A stretch of DNA of 64,000 bases from an uncultured Gemmatimonadales bacterium (lineage in GTDB: Bacteria > Gemmatimonadota > Gemmatimonadetes > Gemmatimonadales > GWC2-71-9): contig CAWJVX010000001.1 of the NCBI GenBank assembly GCA_963846435.1, positions 262,960-326,959 of the forward strand, read 5' to 3'. A model generated the notes under the pieces. That model saw only the letters and a list, made by a program, of their open reading frames with translations. It did no database searches and had not been told where the DNA came from. Below, one piece after another: positions 35,159 to 45,107 of the stretch (positions are counted from its first letter, which is position 1; each line of letters begins with the position of its first letter). Position numbers and translations under genes: made by a program.

Positions 35159-37436
35159 ATGCGACGCCCTGTTAAGCCTGCGTGAAGCTGGCACCGACAT
35201 CGGCCGATAGCGGCTGCTCGAGCGCGTGGGCGCGGGCGGGATGGGAGAAGTTTGGAAGGCATACGACGCCAACTTGGATCGTGTGGTCGCCATCAAGCTC
35301 CTCATGCAGGCCAACTTTCGCGATCCCACGTCGCGTGCCCGTTTTCAGCGGGAAGCCCATGTCCTCTCGCGGCTCTCCCATCCCGGCGTCGCCACGATCT
35401 TTGACTTCGACGTGCAGGACGACGTGGACTTCCTCGTCATGGAGTTCGTACCCGGGGGCACACTCGAGGCGCGCATCGCGCATGGCCCACTCCCGGTTGA
35501 GGACTTGCTCCGCTTTGGTGCGGCCATTGCAGACGCGCTCCACGAGGCCCATCAGCGTGGCATCCTTCACCGCGACCTCAAGCCCGGCAATGTAGTTCTC
35601 AGCGACGGCGGTCTCCCCAAGATCCTGGACTTCGGCATTGCCGGCCTGATGGGTGGGGATGCAGGTGCGGAGCAGCTGACCATAACCGGCCTGATCCTGG
35701 GATCCCTGCCCTACATGGCCCCCGAGCAGTTGATGGGGGAAGCGGACGACGCACGCACCGACATCTATGCCCTGGGAGTGATGCTGTTCGAGATGGCCAC
35801 TGCCCGGCGGCCCTTCGTCAAGACCCGCCGCGAAGCCCTGATGTTCGAGATCTTCAGCAATGCCGCGCCGCCGTTGCGCTCCTTTCGCTCCGACGCACCT
35901 GACGCGCTCGACCAGCTGGTGGCGGCCTGTCTGAGCAAGGACCCGCAACACCGCCCCGGATCCGCTGCCCTGGTTGGTTCGGCATTACGAGCCATCGCCA
36001 ATGGCACGCCAACCGGCATCGTAACCATTGCCGCCGGCGAGGTCATCCGGGCGATTGCCGTGCTGCCGTTGCGTAACGGCTCCAACGACCCTGCCCAGGA
36101 ATACTTCGGCGACGGTATGACGGAGGCCATCATCTCCGACCTGGCGTTGATCCGCGAGCTCCGCGTGATCTCGCGCACTTCCGCGATGCAGTACAAAGCG
36201 AGCACCAAGTCGCTCCCCGAGATTGCCCGCGAGCTGAATGTCGACGCGGTGCTGGAAGGTTCGGCGCTGCTGGTCGGCACCCGCGTGCGCCTCAGCGTTC
36301 AGCTGGTCGCCGCCCGAACGGACCTCACGATCTGGTCGGCCCGCTATGATCGCGAGCTCCGGGATGTCCTCGACCTGCAGAGTGAACTGGCTGCGACCGT
36401 GGCTCGGGAGATTTCCGTCCAGCTGACCCCCAGCGAGATGATGCAGCTCGCCAGGCGCGGTGCCGTCAATCCGGAAGCTCACCTCGAATACCTAAAGAGT
36501 CGGCACGCGTCCATGGCCGCCTCCCGCGAGGGGGTGGAGCTGGGCCTGCGCCACGCCCGCCGAGCGCTGGAGCTCGATTCCGTCCATGCCCCGGCTTGGG
36601 CGGCGCTGGCGGACGCCCTGATGATCGGAACGGTCCGAGGATCGTTGGTGCCGGCCGAGGCGCTCCCCGAGGCGAGTGCCGCGGCACACCGTGCCCTGGA
36701 GCTCGACCCCCTGCTGGGGGAGGCTCACGCCACGCTCGGCACGATCCGGTGTTTCAGCGGGGATCTCATCGGCGGGATCCGGTCGCTCGAGCGGGCGATC
36801 GAGCTGAGGTCGAGCAGCGGGATGGTCTACATCGTGCTCGGTCGGGCGCTCTACGCATTCGAGCGGCATGAGGAGGCCCTTGCCGCGGCGAACACCGGCG
36901 TACGGCTCGACCCGATGTCGGCCCTGGCTCGGACGGCGCTGGGGGACGCCTACTATTTTGCCCGTGAGCACGAGAAATCGATTTTCCACTTCCGGATGGC
37001 TATCGAGCTCGACCGCCAATTCGACGGCGCGCACACCGGTCTCGCGCGTGCCTACGAGGCACTGGGCCGCTTCGACGAGGCACGCGCGGCCTACGGAGAG
37101 GGACAACGGGTAGGGGGCGGCGTCGCCGGCCCGTCGTTCGGTCTCGCCCATCTAGCGGCCTCGGCTGGGAACGAGGCTGAGGCAAGGCGAATCCTTGCTG
37201 AGCTGACCGCGGCACGGGCTTCGCGCGTGATCTCGGCATGGGGCATCGCTGGGGTGCATGCCCAGCTGGGCGACATCGATGAGGCGTTCCAGTGGCTGGA
37301 GACGGCGATCACGGAGCGCGCGTCGGGAATGATTCTACTCCGGGTTCATCCGCGGTTTGACCCGATCCGTCGCGATCCGCGCTACTGGCCTCTGGTCGAG
37401 AGAGTAGGACTCGGGGGAACTGAACAGAGCCGTTAG
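35159..37436 (+). CDS. Ser/Thr protein kinase with TolB-N-like and TPR domains; N-terminus interrupted (intact ORF from 35226)
   Basis: GAGGMGEV, VAIK, HRDLKPGN, DFG, YMAPE; IAVLPL.N...QEYF.DGMTE; TPRs; in-frame TAG at 35208. Confidence 0.88.
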
Positions 37437-37469
37437 ACCGAGCTGCAACCGCCCGCTACGGATCTCACC

Positions 37470-37868
37470 ATGGGTACCTACCGAGGTCGTCGAGTCTTCC
37501 GCTCCGGACCTGTCGCGACAGCCATCTCGGTGTTCGTAGCCATGCTCTTTGCGACCGGTGCCGCGATGACCTACCGCGAGCGGGGATGGACCTGGGTCTC
37601 GATTGCACTTGCGTGCATGACCGTGCTCGGTGTGGCCGGCATCGTTGAGACTGTTTTGTATCGCGTCCAACTCACGGACGAGGCGCTGCTCGTTACCGAC
37701 CTACGGGGTCGGCGGGCCTACCCGGTGACCAACATCGCGGGGGTGGAGGAGGCCAAAGGCCTGCCGACGACGCTCATACTGTCGGACGGACGCTGGGTGA
37801 AGCTGCCCTCGGTGGGCAGTAGCCTGGGAAACTCCATCCGCGCGTGGCTCAGGCATTCAGCCCGTTAG
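37470..37868 (+). CDS. Hypothetical membrane protein (2 TM plus PH-like domain)
   Basis: 132-aa ORF with two hydrophobic segments. Confidence 0.65.
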   Translation: MGTYRGRRVFRSGPVATAISVFVAMLFATGAAMTYRERGWTWVSIALACMTVLGVAGIVETVLYRVQLTDEALLVTDLRGRRAYPVTNIAGVEEAKGLPTTLILSDGRWVKLPSVGSSLGNSIRAWLRHSAR

Positions 37869-37876
37869 GTGGCACC

Positions 37877-38292
37877 ATGGCCTTCTGGTCGCGTCGCAAA
37901 CCGGCTAGCAATCCCGCAGAGACGTCCCAGCGCCTCCGCGCGCAGGCCCTCACCCGGACTGCGCGAGACATCGGGGTGGCGCCCAGCAGCGCCCACCCGA
38001 CCGTCTTCGGCATTCTCATGGAAACCGGATACCCGGAGGCCGTCGCCACCCTGGTCGTGTTTGCGGAGGGCAGTACCAGCGTGTACTTCAGCGGTGGTGG
38101 CGGCGTCATCGGCGCGGGGGAGCATGAGTCGGTGCGTGCTACCCACGGCCCCTTCTTCGCCGAGGCCGAGTCACAGCTAAGCCTGCCGAAGAGGATCTCG
38201 GCGAGATGAGGCACCCGCTGTCCGAGCTGTTCCACGCCGGTCATGCGGTGATCAGTGCGGTCCGCGAAGCCAGCGGCGAAGAAGATGTCTAA
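37877..38292 (+). pseudogene. Hypothetical protein, internally deleted/frameshifted
   Basis: MAFWSRR...METGYPEAVATL...STSVYFSGGGGVIGAG; the plausible C-terminus HPLSELFHAGHAVISAVRE lies in another frame. Confidence 0.55.
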
Positions 38293-38330
38293 CCAGTCCG
38301 GCAGGCAGCAGCGTCAGCAATAGGAGGAAC

Positions 38331-39182
38331 ATGATGAAGGAGCATCGTATCACCGGCGGCGGAGGCATACGGCTCCACCTGGTCGAGACCGGTAACCCGA
38401 AGGGCCGTCCGATCATCTTTATCCACGGCGCTTCCCAGTGCTGGCTCACCTGGAGTCGCCAGCTGAGCTCGGACCTCGCCGACAGCTACCGGCTCGTGGC
38501 CATGGATATGCGGGGGCATGGTCTCTCCGATAAACCTCGCGAGGGCTACGGCGACTCGCATCTGTGGGCTGATGACGTCAACGCAGTAATAACGACCCTG
38601 GATCTCGATCATCCCATCCTGAGTGGCTGGTCGTATGGGCCACTCGTCATCCTCGACTACATCCGGCACTATGGTGAGGACGGCATCGGCGGTATCAACC
38701 TCGTCGGTGCCGTTACCAAGTTGGGCACTGATGAGGCGATGTCCGTGCTCACCCCCGAGTTTCTTGCTCTCGTGCCAGGTTTCTTTGCTGCCGATGTGCA
38801 GGAGAGCGTAGGCAGTCTCGAGTCGCTCCTGCGCCTGTGCTTCTCGGCCGAGCTCCCAGCCCAGGACCTGTACCAGATGCTGGGGTTCAGTGTGTCCGTT
38901 CCACCCTATGTCCGTCAGGGGCTGTTCTCTCGATCATTCGACAATGACGATCTTCTACCGAAGATCCGTAAGCCCGTCCTGATCACCCATGGTGCCGATG
39001 ATGCGGTTGTGAGGCCCGCTGCCGTCGCTCAGCATAAGGCCGGCATGGCTCACGCCGAAGTTCATCTGATGGCCGGCGTGGGACACGCGTGCTTCTGGGA
39101 TGATGCGGGAGCCTTTAACCGGCGCCTGCGAGCCTTCGTGGAAGCCGCTAAAACCATGAGAGCCACCGTGAGTCACGCCTAG
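38331..39182 (+). CDS. Alpha/beta hydrolase (non-heme haloperoxidase-like)
   Basis: IHG, DMRGHG.S, GWSYG nucleophile elbow, HGADD, GH. Confidence 0.9.
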   Translation: MMKEHRITGGGGIRLHLVETGNPKGRPIIFIHGASQCWLTWSRQLSSDLADSYRLVAMDMRGHGLSDKPREGYGDSHLWADDVNAVITTLDLDHPILSGWSYGPLVILDYIRHYGEDGIGGINLVGAVTKLGTDEAMSVLTPEFLALVPGFFAADVQESVGSLESLLRLCFSAELPAQDLYQMLGFSVSVPPYVRQGLFSRSFDNDDLLPKIRKPVLITHGADDAVVRPAAVAQHKAGMAHAEVHLMAGVGHACFWDDAGAFNRRLRAFVEAAKTMRATVSHA

Positions 39183-39190
39183 GGGTGTGA

Positions 39191-39520
39191 ATGGGGGTGC
39201 TCCGGTCGAAGCTCGGTTGGGCCTTCGTCGTGCTCTACGTGGTTGGGTTCATCACGGTGTATTATCGCGTCCGCCCCCATCAGGGGACGTTCGTCTACGA
39301 TCTCGGTCTCGACCTCCTGGCCCTACCCTACATTCTGGTGGTGGGACGGCTGCTCTTGCAGCAGCCGACCTTCGCGCTCCATGCCCACGAGCCCTGGGGA
39401 CTGGTGCCGGCAGTCGTCTTCTGCAGCGGGTTGCTCTTGCTCGCGGGGGCCGGACTGGAGCGCGCGGGGCGAGCTGTTTCGCGGAGGGTGCGGTCGCGCC
39501 GCGCGGGCTCAAAGCCGTAG
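39191..39520 (+). CDS. Hypothetical membrane protein
   Basis: 109 aa, three hydrophobic segments. Confidence 0.55.
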   Translation: MGVLRSKLGWAFVVLYVVGFITVYYRVRPHQGTFVYDLGLDLLALPYILVVGRLLLQQPTFALHAHEPWGLVPAVVFCSGLLLLAGAGLERAGRAVSRRVRSRRAGSKP

Positions 39521-39561
39521 CGGACCGACGCGCCATCCCTCGCCCGATACCCGGAGATCCG

Positions 39562-39789
39562 ATGGACCTCACCATCCCGTACACCTTCTATCCTTCGGCC
39601 CTGCCCGCCTGGATTTCGTGGACCCTCTTCTTGCTGGCGACCGTGGGCGCTACGACGATCGGCGTCGCGAGAGGCTGGAAGCGAGGTTGGATCGCGGGGC
39701 TGGGCGCCGGGACAGCCAGCCTGGTGGCCCTTCTGGCCGCGACCATGCTCGCGTCGATGGTCATTACGTTCTTCGTGCACGACATCTGA
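39562..39789 (+). CDS. Small hypothetical membrane protein
   Basis: ggaga RBS; MDLTIPYTFYP... with two TM helices. Confidence 0.6.
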   Translation: MDLTIPYTFYPSALPAWISWTLFLLATVGATTIGVARGWKRGWIAGLGAGTASLVALLAATMLASMVITFFVHDI

Positions 39790-39799
39790 CGAACCATGG

Positions 39800-39895
39800 A
39801 TTCGAGTTGCGGAGCGGCTGGGGCCTGGTGCCAGCGTGGTCACTCTGATGGCCGACTCCGGCCTCAAGTACTTAAGCACCGATGTGTACCGGAGC
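39800..39895 (+). pseudogene. C-terminal fragment of a PLP-dependent cysteine synthase-family protein
   Basis: VAERLGPGASVVTLMADSGLKYLSTDVY with no N-terminal part. Confidence 0.6.
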
Positions 39896-39949
39896 AGATC
39901 GGAACGGGCAGCCGAGCGCCGTCTAACTCGAGCAGAATGGTGAGGCCCT

Positions 39950-40649
39950 ATGCGTCCGCGGCATCGAGAGGAGCATCGCACCGAGCGGATCGGTTGGCTT
40001 CGAGCCGCGGTACTCGGCGCCAATGATGGGATCGTCTCTACGGCGAGTCTGGTGCTGGGCGTGGCGGCGGCCGAGGCGAGTCGATCGGCCGTCCTCGTCG
40101 CCGGGAGTCGCGGGGCTCGTGGCCGGCGCCATGTCCATGGCGGCCGGCGAGTACGTGTCGGTCAGCTCCCAGGCCGACACCGAGCGGGCCGATCTGGAGC
40201 GGGAGCGGGGAGAGCTTGCCGCCGGCGGGCCGGCGGAACAGGAGGAGCTGGCCGCGATCTATACCGAGCGCGGATTGACGCCCGCGCTGGCCCAGCAGGT
40301 GGCCCAGGAGCTTATGGCCCACGACGCCCTTGCCGCGCACGCCCGGGACGAATTGGGTATCACCGCGGCCCTCAGCGCCCGGCCGGTTCAGGCGGCCCTC
40401 ACCTCGGCCCTCACGTTTGCCGTCGGGGCGGCACTCCCCTTAATCATCGTGCTCCTTGTCCCCGGCTCCAGGCTGGTGCCGGCGGTGGCCGGGGCCTCGC
40501 TCCTCTGCTTGGGAGGGCTGGGAGCACTGGCGGCACAGGTGGGCGGTGCGCGCCCGCTGGTCGGTGCGGTGCGGGTGGTATTTTGGGGGGCCCTCGCCAT
40601 GGGTCTCACCGCCGCCATCGGTGCCCTGTTCGGGACGACCGTCGCCTGA
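39950..40649 (+). CDS. VIT1/CCC1 family Fe/Mn transporter, frameshift near 40105
   Basis: WLRAAVLGANDGIVS, AGAMSMAAGEYVSVSSQ, AHARDELGI. Confidence 0.9.
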
Positions 40650-40734
40650 GAGTCGCCGCTCTGGCCCCACCTCGACAGAGCGTGTACCGTTGTACCACCG
40701 CCCGGAAACGATCCGCTTCTCCCGGAGGTTTCCC

Positions 40735-41262
40735 ATGACTCACCTCAACGAGATTGACACCTTCCGCAACGTCTGGCACTCCGAGGCGCAGCGCACCATC
40801 CAAGTTCTCGAAGCACTCCCAGCCGACCAGTACGACTTCCGTCCCGACCCCAAGGGTCGCTCGATCGGAGAGCTGGCATGGCACCTCAGCGAAATCGACG
40901 CGTGCTTGAGCTTCGGAATCGCCGAGGGGAGGTTCAGCTTCGAGGACGAGCCGCCCGATCTCAAGCGGCCTCGCGAGATCAGGCTGTTGGCTCCAGGGTA
41001 TGGCCGGGTACACGAGCAAGCCATGGCGCGGCTCGAGAGCCTGGCGAACGACCGGCTCGATGACTCGGTGACATTCTTTGATGGCCGGCAGCTGACGATT
41101 CGTGACGTGCTCTGGGGCGAGCTGCTCCATCACCTGATCCATCATCGCGGGCAGCTGGTGTTGATGTGCCGGATGGCCGGCGGAATCCCGCCGGGCCTCT
41201 ATGGCCCGAATCGGGAGGGGATGCAGGCCATGCGCGCCCAAATGGAGGCCGCGAAGGCCTAA
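40735..41262 (+). CDS. DinB family protein
   Basis: RSIGELAWHL, HLIHHRGQL, PPGLYGP. Confidence 0.9.
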   Translation: MTHLNEIDTFRNVWHSEAQRTIQVLEALPADQYDFRPDPKGRSIGELAWHLSEIDACLSFGIAEGRFSFEDEPPDLKRPREIRLLAPGYGRVHEQAMARLESLANDRLDDSVTFFDGRQLTIRDVLWGELLHHLIHHRGQLVLMCRMAGGIPPGLYGPNREGMQAMRAQMEAAKA

Positions 41263-41339
41263 GTCGGGTTGGCCGCTTTCCAGGGCACGCTTCGCAGGGA
41301 TGCCCTCAGGCGTTTATACCCTCTTCCTGGTGAGCCACT

Positions 41340-41664
41340 ATGACAAGCTGGGAGACCTCGTACTGGCGGGTGTTCAACATTCTGGTGAGAGTATTGGGTC
41401 TGGTGGCTCTCGTGTCCGGGATCGCGTTCACCGTGCTGGGTGCGGCGCGGATTCTCGAGCAGGGTCTCCTGCTCGACGCAGGGGCACCGGGATTGGTGAT
41501 TCTGCTCGTCGGTCTACTCGCCGGCGCGCTGGGTGCCGCGATCCTGCGGGTACCCGCCTATCGCCCGGACCTGGGTGATGTAGTCCTGGCGATTCGATCC
41601 GTTCGGTGCCAGGACGCGGCAATCGGCGTCGGCCAGACGTTCGTGGTGGACTGGCGAGCGCTGA
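41340..41664 (+). CDS. Hypothetical membrane protein, probable frameshift near 41581
   Basis: Two TM helices, YRPDLGD, shifted tail RRSWWTGER*. Confidence 0.55.
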
Positions 41665-41767
41665 TCGGAGCGGCAGACGCCCCGCCGCCGGGGCAGACGC
41701 ACTTACTCCAGAAGCCTCGGACGGCGGGACGCATAGGTAGCCACTAGCCGAAAATGTCAGGCTCCGC

Positions 41768-42286
41768 TCAGCGGTGACTTACGACGCCCTCTCCGGCATA
41801 CGCCCGCTCCAGCTCGGCGATGTCGAGCTTCTTCATCTGCAGCATCGCCTCCATGACCCGCCCCGACTTCTCCGGATCCGGATCCTTCATCATCTCGACC
41901 AGCACGGTCGGCACCACCTGCCAGGACAGGCCGAACTTGTCCTTGAGCCAGCCGCACTGCTGGGCGTCCTTGTCCCCACCCACGGTGAGCTTGTTCCAGT
42001 AGTGATCCAGCTCCTCCTGCGTCCGGCACATGATCTGGAAGGAGATGGCCTCGTTGAACTTGAACACGGGGCCGCCGTTGAGCGCGGTGAACGGCTGCCC
42101 GTTGAGCTCGAAGTCGACCGTCATCACCGATCCGGGAGGCCTTTTGTGCACCTCACGTCCGGCTTCGCCATACCTCGAGATAGCGCCGATTTTCGAGTTC
42201 TTGAAGATGCCCGCGTAATACCGTGCCGCCTCTTCGGCCTGGCTGTCGAACCACAAGCAAGGGACGATGGGTTGTGCGGCAGCCAT
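41768..42286 (-). CDS. VOC/PhnB (3-demethylubiquinone-9 3-methyltransferase-like) family protein
   Basis: PCLWFD.QAEEAA, ALNGGP.FKFNEAIS, CGWLKDKFGLSWQVVP. Confidence 0.92.
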   Translation of the reverse strand: MAAAQPIVPCLWFDSQAEEAARYYAGIFKNSKIGAISRYGEAGREVHKRPPGSVMTVDFELNGQPFTALNGGPVFKFNEAISFQIMCRTQEELDHYWNKLTVGGDKDAQQCGWLKDKFGLSWQVVPTVLVEMMKDPDPEKSGRVMEAMLQMKKLDIAELERAYAGEGVVSHR

Positions 42287-42504
42287 GATTTGCCTCCTGA
42301 TCGATTGAAGCCACGGAAATGAAACGGCTTGCCGTCGGAACGACGTCTGACCTATGACGTCACGAACGCGACGGTTGCCACAGCGGACGCCGTATTTGGG
42401 GTTAGGGTGCATCCGCCGTCAGCGGCGGGCTGTGATGTAGAACACTGAACTGAATCATGATCACAGCGCGGGTTGCAGGCATGCGTTGCAGATCGATACT
42501 GAAT

Positions 42505-42596
42505 AACACGAAAGCCCGAAAGAACGAAAACACGAAAACAACAATGCTAATGAGGCCACCTTTCGTGCTTTCGGCCGTTTTTCGTGCTTTCGTGAT
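42505..42596. repeat. Inverted (CACGAAA)n...(TTTCGTG)n repeats
   Basis: aacacgaaagcccgaaagaacgaaaacacgaaa and tttcgtgctttcggccgtttttcgtgctttcgtg. Confidence 0.7.
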
Positions 42597-42742
42597 TGCT
42601 TTTGCTTGTGCTGTGGCGGCATGTGGACCTACACCCATCCGATCGCTCGCGGAGCCTGCCCTTCGCCGGAGGAGAGCGGGTACTGAAGACCCCCTCCTCG
42701 GCCCGGTTGGAGTCCTCCCATGACTCCTAGCGCCGTACCGCC

Positions 42743-43357
42743 CTACCTCTCTTCCTCCTTTCCGTCCGCCTGTCCATCCGTCCGCCTGTCCGCCTCGTCG
42801 AGATGCAGCTCGTGCTTGGCGGTCTTGTCGATGAGAAACACCACCACCACCCCCACGATCGCGGCGCCCAGCAGCCACAGCTCGACCCGCTTGACGTGCC
42901 CCAGGAGCACCGTGGCGCTGCCGCTCAGGAGGTAGCCCAGGCTGGTGAACACCAGCGAGCCGAGCACGCAGCCGATCGAGTCGATGAGGAGGAACCGGCG
43001 AAAGGACAGGCCGTGCAGCCCCCAGAAGATCATGCTGGCGCTCTTGGTTCCGTAGACGAAGCGGGCGGCCAGCAGCTGCCAGGGCCCCATCTGCGCCGCC
43101 AGCCGCTCGATCGTGGGCCCCACCCGGCGATAGAATCTGCTCTCCCGGAATCGCGGCCCGCGAAACCGCCCCAGGCAGTACCAGGCGCAGTCACCCACCA
43201 GACTCCCGAGCGCGCCGGCTGCCACCGCCAGCGGAAAGGCGAAAATACCGAGATGGGCGACTACCCCCGCGAGAAGGAGGGTGAAGTCGCCCTCGAAGGC
43301 AGATCCGACCAGCACCGCAAACAGGCCGTACCGGATGAGGAGGTCCTGCAGGTGCAT
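42743..43357 (-). CDS. DedA family membrane protein
   Basis: FEGD..LLLAG, GSLVGD..WY.LGR, AARFVYG. Confidence 0.88.
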   Translation of the reverse strand: MHLQDLLIRYGLFAVLVGSAFEGDFTLLLAGVVAHLGIFAFPLAVAAGALGSLVGDCAWYCLGRFRGPRFRESRFYRRVGPTIERLAAQMGPWQLLAARFVYGTKSASMIFWGLHGLSFRRFLLIDSIGCVLGSLVFTSLGYLLSGSATVLLGHVKRVELWLLGAAIVGVVVVFLIDKTAKHELHLDEADRRTDGQADGKEEER

Positions 43358-45046
43358 CTACGCGGAGAGCCGTGACGACGTGGGGTCCGGAGGGATGCCG
43401 ACATGCAACTTGGCCGCCGCGAGCGCCTCATCGATATCGCCGAACAGGTTCTCCTCTCCAATCTCCTCCAGCAGCCCGGACCGCTCGAGAGCCACGAGCG
43501 GCTGCGCGTGCACGTCTGAAAAGAGGACCACCGTCCGGTCCTTGCGGGTACGTCGCACCAGATCCCGGAGCGCGTGCATCGCCGTGGAGTCGATCGCAGG
43601 CACGTGGCGCATGCGGATGATCAGGACCTTGGGCTTCTTCGAGACCTCGCTCAGCGTGTCCTTGAACTTCTCCGCAGCCCCGAAGAAGAACGGTCCGTTG
43701 ATCTCATAGACCTCGACGCCCGGGGGGATGTTCCGGCGATAGATGGCACCCGAATGATCCGGACTAGGGCCGGTGTCCTGGAGCTCCCGGGAGACCAGCG
43801 TCACGTTGGTTACCTCGGCCATCCGCTTCATGAAGAGGAACGAAGCCAGCACCATCCCCACCCCGATTCCCACGGTCAGATCGACCAGTAAGGTGAGCAG
43901 GAAAGTCACCAGCATCACAATGGCGTCGCTCTTGGGCGCGCTCAGCTCGCTCCTGAAGACCCGCCATTCCGCCATCCGGTACGCCACCCAGAGCACGATG
44001 GCCGCGAGCGTGGCCAGGGGAATCAAGGCCGCCCAGTGGCCCAGAAAGAGGGTAATGACCAGCAGGGTGAGGGCGTGGACTATACCCGCGACGGGGGTCC
44101 GTCCGCCGCTCTTGACGTTGGTGGCAGTGCGCGCAATCGCACCGGTGGCGGGCATGCCGCCGAAGAGAGGTGAGACCACGTTGGCCACTCCCTGCGCCAC
44201 CAGCTCCATGTTGGAGCGATGGCGCCCTCCGGTCATCCCGTCTGCCACCACCGCCGAGAGCAGCGACTCGATGGCGCCGAGCGCCGCAATGGCCATTGCG
44301 GGACCTACCAGCGCACGGATATCCGCCAGGGAAGTCGAGGGCAGCGTGATTTGGGGGAACCCCACATGGATCTCGCCGAAACGGGAGCCGATGGTCTCGA
44401 CCGGCAGATCCAGCAGCTGGGCGACTACAGTCATCACGATCAGGGCGACGAAGGGGCCCGGAATCTTGCGGCCGACCCTAGGCCAGAGCCCCATAATGAT
44501 GAGGGTGCCGGCGGAGAGTGCCACGGCGTAGGGGTTGATGGAGCTGATATTCCGGGCGTACACCAGAAGCCGTTCGATCACCTCCGGTGGAGCGGATTGC
44601 AAGCGCAACCCCAGCACGTCTCGCAGCTGCTGGACCGTAAGGATCGCCGCGATAGCGCTGGTGAAACCGGTGACGACCGGGAAGGGAATGAATTTGATGG
44701 CGCCCCCGACCCGGGCCAGGCCCAACCCGATCAGGAAGATCCCAGCCATGATTGTGGCCACCATCAGCCCGTCGACGCCGTACTTCTGCACGATCCCATA
44801 GACGATCACGACGAAAGCGCCGGTCGGGCCACCGATCTGCACCCTTGAGCCGCCGAGCGCGGAGATGATGAACCCCGCAATGACCGCGGTGTACAGGCCG
44901 CGGTCGGGGGTTACTCCGCTGGCGATGGCGAAGGCGATGGCCAATGGAAGCGCCACGATGCCCACAATCACGCCGGCGGTCAGGTCCGCGACGAACTGTT
45001 CGCGGTTATAGGTCTTGAGTGTGGTTACGAGCTTCGGGACGAGCAG
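43358..45046 (-). CDS. SulP family anion transporter with STAS domain (start approximate)
   Basis: PKL.TTLK, DLTAGVIVGIVALPLAIAFAIASG, GGPTGAF, ESLLSA, ATGAIART, GPFFFG. Confidence 0.93.
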   Translation of the reverse strand: MLVPKLVTTLKTYNREQFVADLTAGVIVGIVALPLAIAFAIASGVTPDRGLYTAVIAGFIISALGGSRVQIGGPTGAFVVIVYGIVQKYGVDGLMVATIMAGIFLIGLGLARVGGAIKFIPFPVVTGFTSAIAAILTVQQLRDVLGLRLQSAPPEVIERLLVYARNISSINPYAVALSAGTLIIMGLWPRVGRKIPGPFVALIVMTVVAQLLDLPVETIGSRFGEIHVGFPQITLPSTSLADIRALVGPAMAIAALGAIESLLSAVVADGMTGGRHRSNMELVAQGVANVVSPLFGGMPATGAIARTATNVKSGGRTPVAGIVHALTLLVITLFLGHWAALIPLATLAAIVLWVAYRMAEWRVFRSELSAPKSDAIVMLVTFLLTLLVDLTVGIGVGMVLASFLFMKRMAEVTNVTLVSRELQDTGPSPDHSGAIYRRNIPPGVEVYEINGPFFFGAAEKFKDTLSEVSKKPKVLIIRMRHVPAIDSTAMHALRDLVRRTRKDRTVVLFSDVHAQPLVALERSGLLEEIGEENLFGDIDEALAAAKLHVGIPPDPTSSRLSA

Positions 45047-45107
45047 ACGTGACTCCTGGAGATGAGCATTCTACGTAGTGCGAGGAGATTGTTTACGGGA
45101 GCCACAA

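Noticed and set aside
34848-35210. Selenocysteine/pyrrolysine or stop-codon recoding at the in-frame TGA and TAG
   Set aside because: The expected residues are Arg and Tyr, each one substitution away; TGA and TAG serve as normal stops throughout the window
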